The notes beneath the pieces were generated by a model. It was not told the DNA's origin. It worked only from the letters and a program-made list of their open reading frames with translations, and did not search any database. The position numbers and the translations under genes were made by a program. DNA of 64,000 bases from a virus. Position 1 is the first letter of the stretch. Every line of letters begins with the position of its first letter. Positions 60,007 to 64,000 of this stretch are shown here, piece after piece. The stretch is from the IMG/VR virus record IMGVR_UViG_3300042892_002240, positions 28,495 through 92,494 of that record, one strand, 5' to 3'.

Positions 60007-61299
60007 TTGATAAGAAAAGCTTTCTGGAATATCATAAGTATCTCAAGATGGTCCCTCATAGCTTTATCAATATTTCCAATGTCAACAGCAAAAGCTGATG
60101 GCCAAATAACTATTACGGAAATTACCGACTTTTGGTTCTCCTACTCAGAACCAACTCAGTTTTTGGCACAAACATATCAGTCACCTGGATTTGAGTCAGA
60201 CCCACAACTTTGGTTATACAACGACGATACTGGGGAATTAATCATTTCTAATGACGATTACATCGGTCTTCAATCTAAAATTGACTTAGAGGTACCAGCA
60301 GGTAATTACCGCTTACGAGCAGGTACTTGTTGCTGGGAACCTAATGTATGGCGTGATGGAGTTGTTTGGAACATTCAATACGAATTGTCATACAATGGGT
60401 TGCAGAGTGATTCACCAACCACTACTATTCCAGAAACCACCACAACTGTACCGGAGACTACGACAACATGGGCCCCAACTACAACATCCACGGAACCGCC
60501 GACGACGAGTACTACTACTGCCCCAACAACGACTGTGCCTGTAACGGAAGTTCCAACCACCGTGGAAACGACAACTACGACTACGACAAGCACAACCTCG
60601 CTGCCGTTATCGGAGACTACGAGCACTACTGTTGCGGACACTGTGGCGCCTTCTACAATGCCTACGACGAGCCCATCTGTAACGACTGTGGAGCCCCCTC
60701 AAACTTCTCTGACTCCTACAACTACTTTAAGTCCCTTTTTCCCGACACCCCTGACGACCTTGCCGAACACTACGACAACATCTTTGGCTCCTACAACAAT
60801 TCCGGAGAATATAGAACCACCTATAACGACCGCACCTGAAGAAGAAATAGTAATACCTGATAACCCTACGCCAGAAGAAGTTAATGAATTAGCGGAAGAA
60901 CTAGTCTTGTCAATTGATGAGCTATCTGACGAAGAGATCACCAACCTAGTAGAATCTATAGATGTAAGTGAACTAACCGAGGAATCAATCTCCGCTGTTT
61001 TTAGCGAAGAAGTACTTAACGAACTATCTGATGACCAGGTTACAGAACTTATTGACGCAATCGTCCCAAGTGAATTGTCTGATGATCAGGCTTTGGCGCT
61101 TTCAGAAGCACTAACAGATGCCCCAGACAACGTAAAACAAGAGTTTGAGCAACAGCTTGATGTATTTGGTGGACAGTTTGATACTTATGTAGCAACTGGT
61201 TCCGCCGTCCCAGTAGGCGCACGACGAGTAATTGTAGCTGCGGCAGTAGCAGCTTTTGCCATGCCAGCCCCTTCTAGCTCCTCAAGGAAGCAACCATGA
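60007..61299 (+). CDS. Exported/membrane-anchored protein: beta-sandwich domain, Thr/Pro stalk, acidic repeats
   Basis: Signal peptide ending AKA; DPQLWLY...NDD...GNYRLRA; T/P-rich linker; ELSDDQ-type repeats; hydrophobic C-terminus. Confidence 0.7.
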   Translation: MIRKAFWNIISISRWSLIALSIFPMSTAKADGQITITEITDFWFSYSEPTQFLAQTYQSPGFESDPQLWLYNDDTGELIISNDDYIGLQSKIDLEVPAGNYRLRAGTCCWEPNVWRDGVVWNIQYELSYNGLQSDSPTTTIPETTTTVPETTTTWAPTTTSTEPPTTSTTTAPTTTVPVTEVPTTVETTTTTTTSTTSLPLSETTSTTVADTVAPSTMPTTSPSVTTVEPPQTSLTPTTTLSPFFPTPLTTLPNTTTTSLAPTTIPENIEPPITTAPEEEIVIPDNPTPEEVNELAEELVLSIDELSDEEITNLVESIDVSELTEESISAVFSEEVLNELSDDQVTELIDAIVPSELSDDQALALSEALTDAPDNVKQEFEQQLDVFGGQFDTYVATGSAVPVGARRVIVAAAVAAFAMPAPSSSSRKQP

Positions 61300-61484
61300 T
61301 TAAGAAATTCTTTAAAGAAACGTCCGCCCTCTCTTGGACCCTTGGTGGTACAGCTTTAGTACTTATTACACTTAGTGGCCCTACTAAAGTAATTGGTCTC
61401 TGGATTTCAGCATTTTCCCTAATTGTCCATTTCTTGGGCGTTCTCTTTAGTCCAGATGAAGAAAAGGAAGAGGATACAGAATGA
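61296..61484 (+). CDS. Small two-TM membrane protein
   Basis: Two hydrophobic helices. Confidence 0.6.
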   Translation: MIKKFFKETSALSWTLGGTALVLITLSGPTKVIGLWISAFSLIVHFLGVLFSPDEEKEEDTE

Positions 61485-61612
61485 AAAAAGTTGTACTATT
61501 GTTATTACTCTTAAGCGTATCCGCATGCACAGACAGATACAGGAACCCAGCAGATGACCCAAGAAACCAGACCACAACGATCAGTCCCATCACGGCGACG
61601 CCTCTCCCCTGA
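61481..61612 (+). CDS. 43-aa lipoprotein
   Basis: Read manually: MKKVVLLLLLLSVSAC-TDRYRNPADDP...; lipobox VSAC; gagga RBS. Confidence 0.7.
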   Translation: MKKVVLLLLLLSVSACTDRYRNPADDPRNQTTTISPITATPLP

Positions 61613-61850
61613 CGAGATTGAAGCCAGAACACGGGCGGTTGTAATCATATGCTTAGTAAGCGTTTTATTAGGGAGTGTTGGAGCCCTGCTTTATTCTTTG
61701 ATTTTTGTTTATCAGCCGGCGGAGCAATCACCAAATGATGCGGCTTTTCTCAAGATCCTTGAGCCTCTTATGTTTAGCATTGGCGGCGCCCTTACTGGTT
61801 TGGCTGCTGGTCGTGCTATGTCTTCTGGCAAAAAAGAAGATGATGAGTGA
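61554..61850 (+). CDS. Two-TM membrane protein
   Basis: Two hydrophobic helices. Confidence 0.65.
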   Translation: MTQETRPQRSVPSRRRLSPDEIEARTRAVVIICLVSVLLGSVGALLYSLIFVYQPAEQSPNDAAFLKILEPLMFSIGGALTGLAAGRAMSSGKKEDDE

Positions 61851-62101
61851 TGGAACCCATCTACATTCCCATCGCCGTGGCCCTTATTGGAGGGCCAGTA
61901 ATGTGGTTTCTAAGCCGTTTTGACAAACGGAACACAGAACAACACGGTGCAAACATGGAGATACTTGAAAGAGTAGAAACTAAACTTGACCGAATGGATG
62001 GGAAAGTAGATCGGGTAGACGAGAAGGTTGAACGGTTAGATAACCGTGTTACTAACCTTGAGTCCCCAAAAGCTACCGTTAGGCGCAAAAAGATAGCTTA
62101 A
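61847..62101 (+). CDS. Single-TM plus coiled-coil protein, as seen in lysis cassettes
   Basis: N-terminal TM followed by heptads LERVETKLDRMDGKVDRVDEKVERLD. Confidence 0.65.
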   Translation: MMEPIYIPIAVALIGGPVMWFLSRFDKRNTEQHGANMEILERVETKLDRMDGKVDRVDEKVERLDNRVTNLESPKATVRRKKIA

Positions 62102-62132
62102 TTATTAAATTTCTATGAGTTAGAATGGTGCT

Positions 62133-62870
62133 ATGACAACTACGGTTAACTACACAATCGAAAAGGGCATTTCATGGGAACGCCTTATTATTGTTCAAGA
62201 TGGCCGCACACGTCGAAATATCCGCCCCACCTCAGCAAGGGGCAGCATTAAAACTAGTACTACTGGTAGAAAAGAATTTACCATTACGTTTACAGCTGAA
62301 GGTGGCCTATTACTATGCCTTACAGAAGAAGAGACTGCAGACCTTCCTTCTGGAAACCTAGAGTTTGATGTTGTTGCTACATACGCTAAAAAAGCGCCGT
62401 ATTACGGAGCAAGCACCGAAATAACACGACCTGTTGCAAAGGGTACAATCACTGTTATCGGATTAGATAACATCACCCCGATGGAGGACACACAAGCAAT
62501 GGAAATCCGATTTAAACAACGTATTGATTTCCGCCGTACATTTACTTGGCGTGACTCTACAGACACTATTATCTCTGTACAAAATGCTTATATGCAGGCA
62601 AAAGACTCAACTGGAGCAACAGTCCTTGACCTCCGGTGGTACAGCACTAAGCCTAGCGAAGAAACAATTGTTGCTCTTACCGGAGCACGGCGTGGTTATT
62701 TGGCCCCAATTGCTGGTGCCACATTAGAAATGCACGTATCAGATAAGAACACAATCCCAGCAGGGGCATACCCATTTGACATGTTTGTACAAGATTCAGC
62801 AGGGGATTGGGATTGTCTCGCATCAGGAACAGTGGTTGTTGAAGCGGCAGTATCGGCTCCCCCCACATGA
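62133..62870 (+). CDS. Virion structural protein with two tandem beta-sandwich repeats
   Basis: The two halves share a pattern (LPSGNLEFDV...GTITV / IPAGAYPFDM...GTVVV); lies upstream of the fibre genes. Confidence 0.6.
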   Translation: MTTTVNYTIEKGISWERLIIVQDGRTRRNIRPTSARGSIKTSTTGRKEFTITFTAEGGLLLCLTEEETADLPSGNLEFDVVATYAKKAPYYGASTEITRPVAKGTITVIGLDNITPMEDTQAMEIRFKQRIDFRRTFTWRDSTDTIISVQNAYMQAKDSTGATVLDLRWYSTKPSEETIVALTGARRGYLAPIAGATLEMHVSDKNTIPAGAYPFDMFVQDSAGDWDCLASGTVVVEAAVSAPPT

Positions 62871-63292
62871 CAACAGTAGAAGTAACTAAAAACCCAAGCA
62901 AATATGTAACGGTAACCAAAACATCTACAATCTCTACTGTTTCTAAGCCATTAGAAGGTGTATTAGAAGTACGAGACCCTGGTGTTGCTGGCCCACCCAA
63001 TACTCTTACAATCGGGACTGTTGTATCTGGGGCTGCGCCTGCGGTCTCAATTACTGGTATAGCCCCAACTCAAACAATTAACTTTGTATTACCAGTTGGT
63101 GGTAATTACACGCATACCCAATCAACAGCGTCTTCAACTTGGACAATTACCCACAACCTTGGCTTTAGCCCCGCAGTATCCGTAGTGGACAGCGGGGGTA
63201 ACCATGTTATAGGTGATGTAAACTATGTGTCGGTTAACGTTTTAACAGTTTCATTCTCAGCCCCATTTGGGGGTTCGGCTTACTTATCGTGA
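62867..63292 (+). CDS. Minor tail / fibre-associated protein
   Basis: YTHTQSTASSTWTITHNLGFSPAVSVVD...FSAPFGGSAYLS. Confidence 0.7.
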   Translation: MTTVEVTKNPSKYVTVTKTSTISTVSKPLEGVLEVRDPGVAGPPNTLTIGTVVSGAAPAVSITGIAPTQTINFVLPVGGNYTHTQSTASSTWTITHNLGFSPAVSVVDSGGNHVIGDVNYVSVNVLTVSFSAPFGGSAYLS

Positions 63293-63298
63293 GGTACC

Positions 63299-64000
63299 AT
63301 GTCTAAGTTTCTAAATAATCTTGATCTCAATGGCAATTCATTGTACAATGTTAGGTTACAAAACCTAGCTACGGCACCAGCAACCAGCGCAGCCGCAGGT
63401 GGTATCTACTACGATACCGTTGGTAACGTTATTAAGTTCCATAACGGGACATCTTGGATAACCGTATCAGTTGGTGGTCCAAACACTTACCAACCTCTTG
63501 ATGCTGACCTTACAGCTATTGCCGCGCTTACTGCTACCGAAGGCTTCCTCAGGACTAATGGTGCTGGAACTTGGACTGTTGACACCAACACCTACCTAAC
63601 CTCAAGTACTGGTGTAACCACGGTTAACGGTTCTAGTGGTGCTATTTCTAATGTGGCCCTAACTACTAATACTTTGGCACAATTTGCTGCTACTACGTCT
63701 TCCCAGCTAGCAGGGGTGATTTCAGACGAGACTGGTACTGGCGCGTTGGTTTTTGCTAACACCCCAACATTTGTTAGCCCTATTCTTGGTACTCCTACAT
63801 CAGGAACATTGACTAATGCAACTGGTCTCCCCATTACAACTGGTGTTTCTGGGCTTGGTACAGGTGTTGCTACGTTCCTGGCCACCCCGTCATCTGCCAA
63901 CTTGGCATCTGCAGTTACAGATGAAACTGGTTCTGGATTACTAGTTTTTGGTACCAGCCCTGCAATTACTACCTCCATTACTACTGGTAGTGCTTCTTTT
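63299..64000 (+). CDS. Tail fibre protein, running off the window
   Basis: Open frame MSKFLNNLDLNGNSLYNVRLQNLATAP...; repeated (I/V)(S/T)DETG(T/S)GxLVF; not in the ORF track because it has no stop in the window. Confidence 0.75.
   Translation, partial: MSKFLNNLDLNGNSLYNVRLQNLATAPATSAAAGGIYYDTVGNVIKFHNGTSWITVSVGGPNTYQPLDADLTAIAALTATEGFLRTNGAGTWTVDTNTYLTSSTGVTTVNGSSGAISNVALTTNTLAQFAATTSSQLAGVISDETGTGALVFANTPTFVSPILGTPTSGTLTNATGLPITTGVSGLGTGVATFLATPSSANLASAVTDETGSGLLVFGTSPAITTSITTGSASF

Overview
This window is part of a large tailed phage genome with a contractile tail. The host is most plausibly an actinobacterium: there are two WhiB genes and several TANNNT boxes 6-7 nt before an ATG, consistent with leaderless mRNAs. 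Layout: baseplate/tail genes (1-7.2 kb); a leftward Dps and basic-protein operon (8-8.9 kb); a replication/recombination block with initiator and internal iterons, DnaC-like loader, DnaB, primase, SNF2 helicase, SSB, PolA, RecA, Cas4-like nuclease, resolvases and SpoVS (9-23.7 kb); a giant disordered protein and many small basic proteins (23.7-31.6 kb); regulators and accessory enzymes (31.6-37.7 kb); a leftward, probably early, region of small genes with an AAA/vWA pair and tRNA-Arg (37.7-52.6 kb); a divergent control region with DnaA boxes (52.6-53.2 kb); then rightward orphan, glycosyltransferase, membrane and tail-fibre genes. The most unusual signals are non-coding. (1) A ~290-nt pseudoknot-rich RNA is exactly bracketed by two non-canonical tRNA-like elements, one with the Ala identity set G3:U70/A73 (50.6-51.1 kb). 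(2) Ten copies of a TGGAC-N5-CACRATT hairpin element lie just upstream of leftward genes. (3) A small ORF is enclosed by a 29-nt inverted repeat that has an alternative pairing partner. (4) There is a cluster of perfect DnaA boxes. All calls are by eye from motifs and gene context; no database searches or folding programs were run.
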